Shown: one piece after another, positions 51,633-63,009 of the stretch
How the letters are laid out: each line of letters opens with the position of its first letter
How positions within the stretch are numbered: the stretch's first letter is position 1
Notes under the pieces: generated by a model
Database searches by the model: none
Seen by the model: only the letters and a program-made list of their open reading frames with translations
Told to the model about the DNA's origin: nothing
Translations under genes and position numbers: made by a program
NCBI GenBank assembly: GCA_963803805.1
Contig: CAWDOD010000008.1
Coordinates: 64,001-128,000, forward strand
From: an uncultured cyanobacterium
GTDB lineage: Bacteria > Cyanobacteriota > Cyanobacteriia > Cyanobacteriales > CAWCAG01
Reading direction: 5' to 3'
Length of the DNA stretch: 64,000 nt

Positions 51633-54600
51633 ATGAGTACAATCACGGCTTATGAAATTATTGCCAAAATTTACGACAGTGCCAACTCTGTTGTTTATCG
51701 CGCCAAGCACAAAACCGGTGACCATAAGGTCATCCTCAAAGTTCTTAAGCAAGACTATCCTACCCCCTCAGAACTAACCCGATACAAACAAGAATACGAA
51801 ATCACTCGCTCTCTCAAAATTGCCGGGGTCGTCACCGCCTATGAGTTATTCCCCTACGAAAATACCCTTGCGATCGCATTAGAAGATTTCGGTGGTCAAT
51901 CCCTAAGTTTATTATTACAATCTCAAAGTTTTACCCTCTTAGAATTCCTACAAATTGCTATTCAAACTGCTCAAATTCTCGAAGAAATTCATAGCGCCAA
52001 TATTATTCACAAAGATATTAATCCTTCTAACATTCTTCTCAATCCTGAAACTGGACAAGTAAAAATTATTGACTTTGGTCTTTCCACTGTCTTTGCAAAA
52101 GAAAAGCCCCTCATCAAAAACCCTGATGTATTAGAAGGGACTTTGGCTTATATGTCCCCAGAGCAAACAGGAAGAATGAATCGCTCCCTCGACTACAGGA
52201 CAGACTTATATTCTCTGGGGGCAACCTTCTACACTCTCCTCACCAAACGCCTAGTCTTTGAAACCCAAGATGCCCTAGAATTGGTTCATTGCCATCTCGC
52301 CCAAGCCCCCACTCCTCCTCAGCAAATCGACCCAGCAATCCCCCCGATTTTGTCCCAAATCATCCTCAAGCTGCTGGCCAAAACAGCAGAGGAACGCTAT
52401 CAAAGTGCATTGGGGCTAAAAGCCGACTTAGAAGAATGTCGTCTCCAGTTAACACAAACTGGCAAAATAGAAGAATTTCCTCTAGCTCGTCACGATGTCG
52501 TAGAGCAACTGCAAATCCCCCAAAAACTCTACGGTAGAGCCTCCGAAATAGAACAGTTACTCTCAGCATTCAACCGAGTTAGCCAAACTGAAGAAACTAC
52601 AACAGCAAATCATCTAGAAATGATGTTAGTAGGGGGATATTCTGGCATTGGTAAAACTGCCCTAATTCAAGAACTTTACAAACCCCTCTCCCAAAAGCAC
52701 GGCTATTTCATTGCAGGTAAATTCGACCAATTTCAACGTAATATTCCCTATTCTGCACCCATTTCCGCTTTTAAATCCCTCGTGCGCCAGCTACTCACAG
52801 AAAGCGAAGAGCAATTGCAACAATGGCGAGAAAAGCTACAAACCGCCTTGGGTATTAACGGACAAGTCATTGTAGATGGAGTCCCCGAAATAGAAGAAAT
52901 CATCGGCCCTCAACCTCCGCTTCAACCCCTAGAACCTGCCCAAGCAAAAAATCGCTTTCATCAAGTTTTTCGAGATTTCATGAGGGTATTTTGTAAGCGT
53001 TCACATCCTTTAGTAATCTTTTTAGATGACTTGCAATGGGCTGATTTTGGTACGCTTGAACTTTTAGAGTTAATGATGAGCGACCAACAACTTGAATCTT
53101 TGCTTTTACTGGGTGCTTATCGAGACAACGAAGTTGATAACAATCACCCTACAATCGTCACCATTGAAAGATTAAAAGAACAAGGTGCAGTTGTAAATCA
53201 GATTATTCTCAAGCCCCTCAACTCAGATCATATTACTCAACTGCTCAGAGAAACCCTGCATCGTGATGCAGAAAGTGTTACCTCTCTAACGGAATTAATC
53301 TTACAAAAAACATCGGGCAATCCTTTTTTCATCAACGAATTTCTCACCAACCTCTACCAAGAAAATCTCCTAACCTTCAACCGCAACAGTCAATCTTGGC
53401 AATGGGAAGAATCGCAAATTCAAGCCTTGGGCATCACCGACAATGTTGTCGATTTAATGGTGGGCAAATTGAGAAAATTGCCAGAAGCAACCCAGAAAGC
53501 TTTACGTTTGGGAGCTTGCATTGGTAATCGTTTTGAGCTTAGTATTCTGGCGATAATTTACGAGCAATCCTCCGCAGAAACCTTTGACGCTCTTTTACCA
53601 GCCATACAACAAAGTTTAATTGAACCCACTTCAGAGCTAGAAACTACCTCAAAAACTGCCGTTGAATCTACTTTAGTAATTACAAATTATAAGTTTCGCC
53701 ATGATCGTATTCAACAGGCTGCTTATAATCTCATTGAGCAAAACCATAGCAAAACAGTTCATCTGCAAATAGGCAAGTTGTTACTAGCTAATTTACAACC
53801 AGAAGAACAACAGGAAAAAATATTCACCTTAGTCGATCATCTCAACAAAGGGCTTGAGTTGCTCGAAAGTAAGGAAGATAAAATCAAGGTTTTAGAACTC
53901 AATTTAGATGCAGGTAAAAAAGCGAAAGATGCCATTGCTTACCCCGCAGCACAAGACTATTTGCGGACAGTTGAAAAAGACTTTCCTGGAGATATTTGGC
54001 AAGAAAGCTACGCAATGGCTCTCGATCTTTACAAAGAACTTGCCGAAATTGAATACCTCAATGGCAATCTTCAAGAATCTCAAGAATTACTTCGACTAGC
54101 TATTGAGCGAGTAAAATCTCCCCTTGATGGTGCAGAATTTTACTACCTCCAAATTGTACAGTTAGGTTTACAAGGAAAACTTGAACAAGCTATAGAAGTG
54201 GGAAGAGTAGCCCTACAAACTCTCGGAGAAAATTTGCCTGAAGATAATTTTCAAGCAGCATTTGAGCAAGAATTGAGAGAATATCATCAAAACTTAGGTG
54301 AGCGTTCCATCGAAGAATTGTACGATAGTCCTGAAATGAATTTTTTGGATAAGCAAGCTATTTTTAAAATACTATCTCGCATTTTCCCTCCTGCTTTGAT
54401 ATTGGGTGCAGGATTAGCTAATCTTATTTGCACTAAGATGGTAAATCTTAATATCAAATATGGACATACACCAATATCTCCCATAGCTTACAGTTTCTTT
54501 AGTAGTATTAACTCTTCTGCTCTCAAAGAATATCGTACAGGCTATGAATTGACCTCTCTTAGTATAAAACTATCAAATAAGTATGAGAATTTGCTTTCTA

Positions 54601-57194
54601 AAGGAATAGCTTGTCAGTTTCATGGAAATATAACTGCACCTTGGCTAGTTCATGTTAAATATTCTGAAAAGATCAACGATGAGGGAATTAATTGCAGTTT
54701 ACAAGTTGGAGATTTGCAAGTTGCTGGCTACACACAGGGCCATGCTTTTTATACTTCAATATATCAAGGCAAAAATTTAGAAATATTGCTTAAAGAACTT
54801 GAAAGAAGACTTTCTTTTGGTAAAGAAACTCAAAACTATTGGTCAGTGGGCTGTCTTCTCGCTGCTAAAATAATCCTGATTAACTTAGTAGGTAAAAGTC
54901 GAGACAGATTATGTTTTGAATTAAAGGAAACATCTGAATCTGATTTTTTAAATGATTGTCAACAAAATCAAGCGTTATCTGCACTTTGTCTTTATCAAAT
55001 ATTAAAAGCACAAGTACTTTATTTGTATGAGGAACCTGCTCCTTTAAGCTTACTAGAACAATCAGCTAACCTATTAGGTTTTATATTTGGCACAATATCA
55101 ATAGCCAAACATAACTTTTACTACTCCCTCACCCTCCTCGCCCATTATCCCAACGCCTCACCCCAACAACAACAGGAATACTGGCAGCAAGTCGAAACCA
55201 ATCAAAAACAGATGCAAGCATGGGCTGATAACTGCGAAGCTAACTTCCTCCATAAATACCTCCTCGTTGCCGCAGAAATGGCTCGTATCTCCGATAACTG
55301 GCAAGAGGCAATGGAACTTTATGACCGTGCGATCGCATCTGCCAAAAAACATGAATTTGTCCAAAACGAAGCCTTAAGCAACGAACTAGCGGCTAAATTC
55401 TGGTTAGGACGAGACAAAAAAGACTTTGCTAAACTCTACATGAAAAAAGCCCACCAAGGCTACCAAATCTGGGGGGCAAAACGCAAAGTTGAAGACCTCG
55501 AACAAAAGTATCCCCAGTGGTTTACCTCCTCCTCCTCTAAATCCAACAGCATCACCACCACCCCAACCATAACAACCTCCGGACGCTCTAGTAAATACCT
55601 TGATATCGACACAGTTATCAAAGCCTCAGAAGCCCTATCAAAAGAAATTGTCCTCCAAGACTTACTGGCAAAATTAATGAAAGTCGCTATCGCTAACGCT
55701 GGGGCGCAAAAGGGTTTCTTAATCTTAGAAAAAGAGGGCAATTGGTTCATCGAAGCAGAGGGAAACATCAACGACAGTGAAGCAAAACTATTAGAATCGA
55801 TTCCCATCCAAGCCCAAGAACACCCAGAAAACGCCTTACTTTCTTGCGCGATCGCTAACTACGTAATTCGTCTCAAAGAAAACGTCATCCTCGACGATGC
55901 CACCAGTGCCGGAAACTTCACCAAAGACCCCTACATCCTCACCAACCGCCCCAAATCCATCCTCTGTACCCCCCTAATCAACCAAGGGAAACTAAGCGGC
56001 ATCCTCTACCTAGAAAACAACCTCACCACTAACGCCTTTACCCGCGATCGCGTAGAAATCCTACGCACCCTCTCTGCCCAAGCCGCCATCTCCATCGAAA
56101 ACGCCCAACTTTACCAACGTCTCGAAGACTACAACCGCACCCTAGAACAACAAGTAGCTGAACGTACCGAACAGTTACAGCAAAATAACCAAGAATTAAG
56201 CCAAACCTTACAAGAACTCAAAACCACCCAAAACGAACTAATCCAATCAGAAAAAATGGCTGCCCTCGGTCAACTAGTTGCTGGTGTGGCTCACGAGATC
56301 AATACCCCCCTGGGAGCTATCCGCGCTGCCATCGGCAATACAGATAAAGCTCTGCAAGATTCCCTATCCCAACTACCTCACCTCCTCCCCCAACTCAACC
56401 CACAACAGCAAACTGACTTTTTCAACCTCATTGACCAAGCCCTCATCCCCCACGAAAGCCTGAGTACTCGCGAAAAACGCAAAATCAAGCGCAGCCTTAC
56501 CGCAAAACTTAACTCATCTGAAGTTGCCGAAGCTAAACAAGTTGCCCATCTCCTTACCGAAGGGGGATTGCATAATGAGATTACTGAAACTCAACTTGCT
56601 CTGTTGCAAACCCCACAAGCTAAACAGATTGTGCAAATTGCTTACAACATTGCCCGCCTTAATGCTAGCAGTCAGAATATTAATAATGCCGTAGAAAGAG
56701 CTTCAAAGATTGTCTTTGCTCTCAAAAGCTACGCCCGTTACGATTATAGCGGAGAAAAGCAAGTAGCTAAAATGACTGATGGTTTAGAAACTGTCTTGGA
56801 ACTTTACCGCAACTATCTTAAAAAAGGTGTTACAGTCACTCGCAATTATCAAAGCGTACCAGCAATTCCCTGCTATAGTGATGAACTAGTACAGGTCTGG
56901 ACAAACTTAATCCATAATGCTATACAAGCTATGGATGGTCAGGGTAAATTGGAAATTGGGGTAGCTCAGCAACAAGAAAATATCCTTGTGGAAATTACAG
57001 ATTCAGGGGCAGGTATTCCCCCAGAAGTTGCTGAAAAAATCTTCGACCCCTTCTTCACCACCAAACCTGCTGGGGAAGGTAGCGGCTTGGGGTTAGATAT
57101 TGTTCGCAAAATAATTACCAAACACCAGGGAAATATTACTTTTGAATCCATTCCCGGTAAAACCACTTTTAAAGTTACTTTACCCATTAGTTAG
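51633..57194 (+). CDS. Ser/Thr kinase - AAA ATPase - GAF - histidine kinase
   Basis: HKDINPSN, DFG, GYSGIGKT, LDDLQWAD, YLENN, VAHEINTP, G boxes. Confidence 0.93.
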   Translation: MSTITAYEIIAKIYDSANSVVYRAKHKTGDHKVILKVLKQDYPTPSELTRYKQEYEITRSLKIAGVVTAYELFPYENTLAIALEDFGGQSLSLLLQSQSFTLLEFLQIAIQTAQILEEIHSANIIHKDINPSNILLNPETGQVKIIDFGLSTVFAKEKPLIKNPDVLEGTLAYMSPEQTGRMNRSLDYRTDLYSLGATFYTLLTKRLVFETQDALELVHCHLAQAPTPPQQIDPAIPPILSQIILKLLAKTAEERYQSALGLKADLEECRLQLTQTGKIEEFPLARHDVVEQLQIPQKLYGRASEIEQLLSAFNRVSQTEETTTANHLEMMLVGGYSGIGKTALIQELYKPLSQKHGYFIAGKFDQFQRNIPYSAPISAFKSLVRQLLTESEEQLQQWREKLQTALGINGQVIVDGVPEIEEIIGPQPPLQPLEPAQAKNRFHQVFRDFMRVFCKRSHPLVIFLDDLQWADFGTLELLELMMSDQQLESLLLLGAYRDNEVDNNHPTIVTIERLKEQGAVVNQIILKPLNSDHITQLLRETLHRDAESVTSLTELILQKTSGNPFFINEFLTNLYQENLLTFNRNSQSWQWEESQIQALGITDNVVDLMVGKLRKLPEATQKALRLGACIGNRFELSILAIIYEQSSAETFDALLPAIQQSLIEPTSELETTSKTAVESTLVITNYKFRHDRIQQAAYNLIEQNHSKTVHLQIGKLLLANLQPEEQQEKIFTLVDHLNKGLELLESKEDKIKVLELNLDAGKKAKDAIAYPAAQDYLRTVEKDFPGDIWQESYAMALDLYKELAEIEYLNGNLQESQELLRLAIERVKSPLDGAEFYYLQIVQLGLQGKLEQAIEVGRVALQTLGENLPEDNFQAAFEQELREYHQNLGERSIEELYDSPEMNFLDKQAIFKILSRIFPPALILGAGLANLICTKMVNLNIKYGHTPISPIAYSFFSSINSSALKEYRTGYELTSLSIKLSNKYENLLSKGIACQFHGNITAPWLVHVKYSEKINDEGINCSLQVGDLQVAGYTQGHAFYTSIYQGKNLEILLKELERRLSFGKETQNYWSVGCLLAAKIILINLVGKSRDRLCFELKETSESDFLNDCQQNQALSALCLYQILKAQVLYLYEEPAPLSLLEQSANLLGFIFGTISIAKHNFYYSLTLLAHYPNASPQQQQEYWQQVETNQKQMQAWADNCEANFLHKYLLVAAEMARISDNWQEAMELYDRAIASAKKHEFVQNEALSNELAAKFWLGRDKKDFAKLYMKKAHQGYQIWGAKRKVEDLEQKYPQWFTSSSSKSNSITTTPTITTSGRSSKYLDIDTVIKASEALSKEIVLQDLLAKLMKVAIANAGAQKGFLILEKEGNWFIEAEGNINDSEAKLLESIPIQAQEHPENALLSCAIANYVIRLKENVILDDATSAGNFTKDPYILTNRPKSILCTPLINQGKLSGILYLENNLTTNAFTRDRVEILRTLSAQAAISIENAQLYQRLEDYNRTLEQQVAERTEQLQQNNQELSQTLQELKTTQNELIQSEKMAALGQLVAGVAHEINTPLGAIRAAIGNTDKALQDSLSQLPHLLPQLNPQQQTDFFNLIDQALIPHESLSTREKRKIKRSLTAKLNSSEVAEAKQVAHLLTEGGLHNEITETQLALLQTPQAKQIVQIAYNIARLNASSQNINNAVERASKIVFALKSYARYDYSGEKQVAKMTDGLETVLELYRNYLKKGVTVTRNYQSVPAIPCYSDELVQVWTNLIHNAIQAMDGQGKLEIGVAQQQENILVEITDSGAGIPPEVAEKIFDPFFTTKPAGEGSGLGLDIVRKIITKHQGNITFESIPGKTTFKVTLPIS

Positions 57195-57338
57195 AGGACT
57201 TAGATAAGTAGTTTTTCTATTAGTCAGTAATTGTTTTTAACTACTTTTCTTGGCATTTTTACCAGGTTTTACAAATTATCTTGCGTATAATGAACTATGA
57301 CTTAATACTGACAGTAGAGCGATCGCAGGTCTTGCACA

Positions 57339-60300
57339 ATGGGTACAATCACGGCTTACAAAATTATTGCCAAAATCTATGACAGCGCCAACTCTATCGT
57401 TTACCGCGCTAAACATAAAACTGACAACCAAAATGTCATCCTCAAAGTACTTAAACAAGACTATCCCCCACCGCGACGCATCACTGAATTTCAGAGGGAA
57501 TATGAAATTACTAACTCACTAAATTTAACTGGTGTAGTTAAGGTTTACGACATCATAGAAACTGGTGATCATCGCTGGCTAATCGTAGTAGAAGATTTTG
57601 AAGCTCAATCCCTAAAACAAATCATCCAAAACCAGCAATTAACTCTAGATGAATTTTTGTTTGTAGCGATTAAAGTTAGCCAAATTTTGGGTGAAGTGCA
57701 TCAGAGACACATTATCCACAAAGATATCAATCCTTCTAACATAGTTTGGAATCGGCAAACCAACATAATTAAAATCATCGACTTCGGAATTTCTACTAAA
57801 CTCTCACGAGAAACTACAACTTTCCGTAACCCAAATCAGTTGGAAGGTACTTTAGCTTACATATCCCCAGAGCAAACCGGCAGGATGAATAGGGAGATAG
57901 ATTACCGGAGCGACTTTTATTCCCTCGGTGTCACTTTCTACGAATTGCTAGTAGGGCAACTACCTTTTGAAACAACAGAGCCGATGGAGTTGGTACACTC
58001 CCACATTGCTAAACAACCAATATCACCTCACCAGAAAAAACAAGACATTCCCTTAGTTATTTCCCAGATTGTGATGAAGTTGATGGCTAAAACGGCCGAA
58101 GAAAGATATCAAAGCGCTTGGGGATTAAAAGCCGATTTAGAAACTTGCTTCCAGGAGTTGCAAAACCGTGAGCAGATTTCTGCATTTGCTCTGGGGAGTC
58201 GGGATGTTTGTGAGCAATTCCAAATTCCCCAAAAACTTTATGGGCGACAAGAGCAGGTAGAGCAACTCTTAGCAAGCTTTGAACGAGCTAGCGCAGGTGC
58301 AATAGAAATGTTACTAGTAGCGGGTTATTCCGGCATTGGTAAGTCAGCTTTAGTTAACGAAATTTACAAGCCAATTACCAGGCAAAAAGGATATTTTGTT
58401 TCCGGTAAATTTGATCAATTTAGGCGAGATATTCCTTATGATGCCCTGATTCAAGCTTTACAAGAGTTAGTAAGGCAGTTGCTAACAGAAACTGAAGTGC
58501 AATTGCAACTATGGCAGCAAAAGTTATTAGAAGCTTTGGGTCGTAATGGTCAGGTAATTATAGATGTCATTCCTGAAGTAGAGCTAATTATCGGTAAACA
58601 GCCAAGAGTCCCCCAGCTAGGGCCTACTGAGTCTGAAAATCGCTTTAACTTAGTTTTTCAAAACTTTATGGGGGCATTTGCTCAGAAAGAACATCCCTTA
58701 GTGATTTTTATTGATGATCTGCAATGGGCCGATTTAGCATCTTTGAAGTTGCTGGAGTTGTTGATGACTCAAAGCGATCGCCAGTATCTTTCTTTAATCG
58801 GTGCTTATCGAGATAATGAGGTTAGTGCTGTTCATCCTTTAATCCAAACCCTAGAACGAATTAAAGAGCAAGATGCTAAGGTAAATGTGATTACCCTAGA
58901 GCCATTGAAGATCAATTGGGTTAACCAGTTAATTGCTGATGCTCTGAAATGCTCTACAGATAGATCACAACCCCTAGCAAAGCTAGTATTCAAGAAAACT
59001 AACGGCAATCCCTTCTTCTTAACCCAGTTACTCCAATCTTTATATACAGAAAACTTGTTATCTTTTGCTCCTCATAGCGGTCTTTGGGAGTGGGATATTG
59101 ACCAAATTCAAGCTGTAGGAATCACTGATAACGTTGTTGAGTTGATGGTCGGCAAAATTGAAAAGTTAGAAGACCGAACTCAGAAACTATTAAAATTAGC
59201 TGCCTGTATTGGTAACAAATTTGACTTAGCAATTCTTTCAGTAATTAGCGGCAAATCCATAGCAGATACTGGAGTCGATTTATGGCCTGCTTTGAAACAA
59301 GGTTTGATTAGTCCTTTAAGCGATGCCTACAAACTGCTCATACTGCAACGTGAAAATATCAGCCTTCAACCCTCAGCAATCTCTTCTGTTGCTATCCCTT
59401 ACAAGTTTCTGCATGACAGAGTGCAGCAAGCGGCCTATGCTCTGATTCCTGAAGCACAAAAACAACAAGTTCACTTACAAATTGGTAAGCTGCTGTTGCA
59501 GAATACTGATTCAGAGAAACTAGAAGAAAACATCTTCGATTTAGTTAACCAGCTTAATATTGGGGCAGATTTAATTAGTGATGTTTCCGAAAGAAACGAA
59601 CTAGCTCGATTAAATCTCATTGCTGGCAAAAAAGCAAAAGCATCCGCAGCCTATCAAGCAGCAGTCAAATACTTAAGGGTAGGTTTGGGATTGCTGGCAT
59701 CGGATAGTTGGGAAAAAGAATACAACCTGACTCTTGCTTTATATGTAGAAACTGTTAGTGCAGAATATCTTAACACCGAATTTGCATCAGCAGAAAAGTT
59801 AGCTGCCACAGTTTTGGAACAAGTTCAAAGCACAATAGATAAAGTCGAAGTCTATGAGATTAAAATCCAGTCCTATAGATCTCAATCTCAATTTCAAAAA
59901 GCTATAGATACTGCCCTAGAAATTTCAGCACAACTAGGAGTAGTTTTGCCATCACAGCCAAGCCAAGAGGATATTTATGCAGAAAAACAAGCTATAGAAG
60001 CTTTTTTAGAAGACAAACAAATTGAAGATTTAACTCAGTTACCAGAAATGGCCAATCCTTATAAAATAGCAACCTTAAGGATTTTAGTTAGTATCTTGAG
60101 TTCGGCATTCGCTAGCAATCAACCCTTGTTTGCGTTACTAACATTGAATATTGTCCATACATCTATCAAATATGGCAATTCCCCTATGGCTGTTGGTGGC
60201 TACAGTTGTTACAGTTCTTTATTAGCAACTACTCAAAGTCTTGATGATGCTTATAAATTTGGTCAACTATCTTTTAATTTGTTAGAAAAATATAATCTAC

Positions 60301-62882
60301 AACAACTCAAACCCATGTTGTTGAATAACTTTCATAATTTCGTGACGCATTGGAAATACCCTATACGAGACACTTTCTCCGTTGTTGAAGGAGTTAATTT
60401 GGGGATTGAAAACGGAGATTTTGAATATGGAGGTTATTGTTGTTCTACTTATATAAATCACCAATTTTGTGCAGGGGAAAGCTTGCCAAACATGGAGCAA
60501 ATTTGTGCTAAATACCTTAAATTAATGCACAAATATAAGCAAAATCTTACAGTTAATAACTTAAGCTTAGTAAGGCAACTGACGTTGAACTTACGAGGCA
60601 AAGCTAATCAAAAAGAAGAAATTCAAGGAGAAGCTTTTGACGAGCAAACTATTGTTCCTATTTATGTGGAGATTAAAAACTATACTGGACTTAGTTTTTT
60701 TTATCTCTATAAATCTATACTCTCCTATATCTTTAAAAATTTTGCCAGAGCATTAAATAACGCTCAATTATACAGCGAATATGGAAACTGGGCTGCGGGA
60801 ATGCTGTGTACAGCAATGGGCAATTTTTACGATTCTCTCGCTCACTTAGCCCTCTATTCTCAAGTTGATACTGACAAGCAAAAACAATACCTCAAGCAAG
60901 TAGCAGCTAATCAAAAACAGATGAAGTTCTGGGCAGAAAATGCCCCAGCCAACTATCAACATAAATATGATTTAGTTATGGCAGAAACAGCCAGAGTTAC
61001 AGGTAAAAATGCTAAGGCAAGGGAATATTATGACCGTGCCATAGAAGGTTCTCAAAAACACAATTTCCTCCATGAAGAAGCCATAGCCTATGAACGAGGA
61101 GCCGAATTTTATTTCGCTATTGGTAGAGAAGAAATAGGTCGGCTCTACATGAAGAATGCTCATTATGCTTACCAGCGCTGGGGTGCAGTCGCTAAAACAG
61201 AAGATATAGAAGCGGAATATCCCGAACTTTTTCGTGCTGCCCCATCCTCTCAAGAAAACATCTCCACTACTTATACTAACAGCACTGCTAGCACAGAAGT
61301 ATTAGACTTAGCCACAGTAATCAAGTCTAACAATGCTCTTTCTAGCGAAATCGTCTTAGAAAAATTGCTAGCCAACTTGATGAATATTCTCATCGAAAAC
61401 GCTGGGGCTGAGCGAGGAATTTTGATCTTACCCCGTGGTGAGAAACTGTTAGTTGAAGCAGCCAAAGAAACCAACTCAGAAAACGTTTCTATATTGCGAT
61501 CGCTCCCTATTGAAGAGTTTGCTAAACTTTCTTGTAAAATCGTCAATTATGTCGCCCGCACTCGCGAAGCCGTAATTTTGAACGATGCTTCCGAAGCAAG
61601 CAATTTTAATGATGATGCTTACCTGCAAGAGTATGATTGTAAATCAATTGCTTGCACTCCTTTAATTAATAGAGGTCAACTCCAAGGTATTATTTACCTG
61701 GAAAACAACCTCACCACAGGGGCTTTCACCAAAGAGCGTATGGCTTTGTTAAAAACCCTTTCCACCCAAGCTGCCATCTCCATTGAAAACGCCCAACTTT
61801 ACCAACGACTAGAAGACTACAACCGTACCCTAGAACAACAAGTAGCCGAACGTACCGAACAGTTGCAGCAAAACAACCAAGAACTTAGTCAAACTTTACA
61901 AGAGCTTAAAACCACCCAAAACGAACTGATTCAATCAGAAAAAATGGCTGCCCTCGGTCAACTAGTTGCTGGTGTAGCCCACGAAATTAATACGCCCCTA
62001 GGAGCCATCCGCGCCGCCATCGGTAACACAGATAAAGCCTTGCAAGCTTCATTATCCCAACTACCACAACTCCTACCTCTACTTACCCCCCAACAACAAA
62101 CTGACTTCTTTAATTTCCTCGAAGTAGCCCTCACCCCCCACGAAAGCCTCAGCACCCGTGAAAAACGTAAAATCAAACGCACTCTCACCGCAGAACTAAA
62201 ATTATCTGAAATTGCCGAAGCTAAACAATTGGCCCATCTCCTCACCGAAGGGGGATTGCATAATGAGATTAGCGAAACTAACCTGGCTCTATTGCAAACT
62301 CCCCAAGCTAAACAAATTGTCCAAATCGCTTACAACATTGCCCGTCTCAACGCTAGCAGCCAGAATATCAACAACGCCGTAGAACGAGCTTCAAAAATCG
62401 TCTTTGCCCTCAAAAGCTACGCCCGTTACGATTCTAGTGGGGAAAAGCAAGTTTCTGACATTACTGACGGCTTAGAAACCGTCTTGGAACTGTACCGTAA
62501 CTATTTTAAAAAAGGTATCAAAGTCACTCGCAACTATCAAAGCGTACCACCAATTCCCTGCTATGGTGATGAATTGGTACAGGTATGGACAAACTTAATC
62601 CATAATGCTATACAAGCTATGGATGGTCAGGGTAAATTAGAAATTGCTGTAGCTCAGCAACAGGAAAGTATAGTTGTCGAAATCACAGACTCAGGTGCAG
62701 GTATTCCCCCGGAAGTTGCTCCCAAAATCTTCGACCCCTTCTTCACCACCAAACCTGCTGGGGAAGGTAGCGGCTTAGGCTTAGATATCGTCCGTAAAAT
62801 AATTACTAAACACCAGGGAACAATAACCTTTGAATCTATCTCCGGCAAAACCACTTTCCTGGTTACTCTACCCATTAGTTAA
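57339..62882 (+). CDS. Ser/Thr kinase - AAA ATPase - GAF - histidine kinase (paralogue)
   Basis: HKDINPSN, GYSGIGKS, IDDLQWAD, YLENN, VAHEINTP. Confidence 0.93.
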   Translation: MGTITAYKIIAKIYDSANSIVYRAKHKTDNQNVILKVLKQDYPPPRRITEFQREYEITNSLNLTGVVKVYDIIETGDHRWLIVVEDFEAQSLKQIIQNQQLTLDEFLFVAIKVSQILGEVHQRHIIHKDINPSNIVWNRQTNIIKIIDFGISTKLSRETTTFRNPNQLEGTLAYISPEQTGRMNREIDYRSDFYSLGVTFYELLVGQLPFETTEPMELVHSHIAKQPISPHQKKQDIPLVISQIVMKLMAKTAEERYQSAWGLKADLETCFQELQNREQISAFALGSRDVCEQFQIPQKLYGRQEQVEQLLASFERASAGAIEMLLVAGYSGIGKSALVNEIYKPITRQKGYFVSGKFDQFRRDIPYDALIQALQELVRQLLTETEVQLQLWQQKLLEALGRNGQVIIDVIPEVELIIGKQPRVPQLGPTESENRFNLVFQNFMGAFAQKEHPLVIFIDDLQWADLASLKLLELLMTQSDRQYLSLIGAYRDNEVSAVHPLIQTLERIKEQDAKVNVITLEPLKINWVNQLIADALKCSTDRSQPLAKLVFKKTNGNPFFLTQLLQSLYTENLLSFAPHSGLWEWDIDQIQAVGITDNVVELMVGKIEKLEDRTQKLLKLAACIGNKFDLAILSVISGKSIADTGVDLWPALKQGLISPLSDAYKLLILQRENISLQPSAISSVAIPYKFLHDRVQQAAYALIPEAQKQQVHLQIGKLLLQNTDSEKLEENIFDLVNQLNIGADLISDVSERNELARLNLIAGKKAKASAAYQAAVKYLRVGLGLLASDSWEKEYNLTLALYVETVSAEYLNTEFASAEKLAATVLEQVQSTIDKVEVYEIKIQSYRSQSQFQKAIDTALEISAQLGVVLPSQPSQEDIYAEKQAIEAFLEDKQIEDLTQLPEMANPYKIATLRILVSILSSAFASNQPLFALLTLNIVHTSIKYGNSPMAVGGYSCYSSLLATTQSLDDAYKFGQLSFNLLEKYNLQQLKPMLLNNFHNFVTHWKYPIRDTFSVVEGVNLGIENGDFEYGGYCCSTYINHQFCAGESLPNMEQICAKYLKLMHKYKQNLTVNNLSLVRQLTLNLRGKANQKEEIQGEAFDEQTIVPIYVEIKNYTGLSFFYLYKSILSYIFKNFARALNNAQLYSEYGNWAAGMLCTAMGNFYDSLAHLALYSQVDTDKQKQYLKQVAANQKQMKFWAENAPANYQHKYDLVMAETARVTGKNAKAREYYDRAIEGSQKHNFLHEEAIAYERGAEFYFAIGREEIGRLYMKNAHYAYQRWGAVAKTEDIEAEYPELFRAAPSSQENISTTYTNSTASTEVLDLATVIKSNNALSSEIVLEKLLANLMNILIENAGAERGILILPRGEKLLVEAAKETNSENVSILRSLPIEEFAKLSCKIVNYVARTREAVILNDASEASNFNDDAYLQEYDCKSIACTPLINRGQLQGIIYLENNLTTGAFTKERMALLKTLSTQAAISIENAQLYQRLEDYNRTLEQQVAERTEQLQQNNQELSQTLQELKTTQNELIQSEKMAALGQLVAGVAHEINTPLGAIRAAIGNTDKALQASLSQLPQLLPLLTPQQQTDFFNFLEVALTPHESLSTREKRKIKRTLTAELKLSEIAEAKQLAHLLTEGGLHNEISETNLALLQTPQAKQIVQIAYNIARLNASSQNINNAVERASKIVFALKSYARYDSSGEKQVSDITDGLETVLELYRNYFKKGIKVTRNYQSVPPIPCYGDELVQVWTNLIHNAIQAMDGQGKLEIAVAQQQESIVVEITDSGAGIPPEVAPKIFDPFFTTKPAGEGSGLGLDIVRKIITKHQGTITFESISGKTTFLVTLPIS

Positions 62883-62964
62883 GTATAAAAAGTAAACAAA
62901 TTCCCCTACTACTAGATTCAGGGTTTATCTTGAGAGATAATACTTCTGCTTGAAAAAAACCCTA

Positions 62965-63003
62965 ACTTATTACTTACTACTTACTACTTATTACTTATTA
63001 CTT
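62965..63003. repeat. Heptamer tandem repeat (ACTTAYT)
   Basis: About five and a half copies; source of the spurious TYYLLL extension in the ORF track. Confidence 0.75.
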
Positions 63004-63009
63004 AAAAAA

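Noticed and set aside
51531-51752. Similar minus-strand ORFs here and at 57276-57458
   Set aside because: Antisense shadows of the duplicated kinase 5' ends
62950-63009. TYYLLL N-terminal extension of the response regulator
   Set aside because: Translation of a heptamer repeat; the true start is 63010
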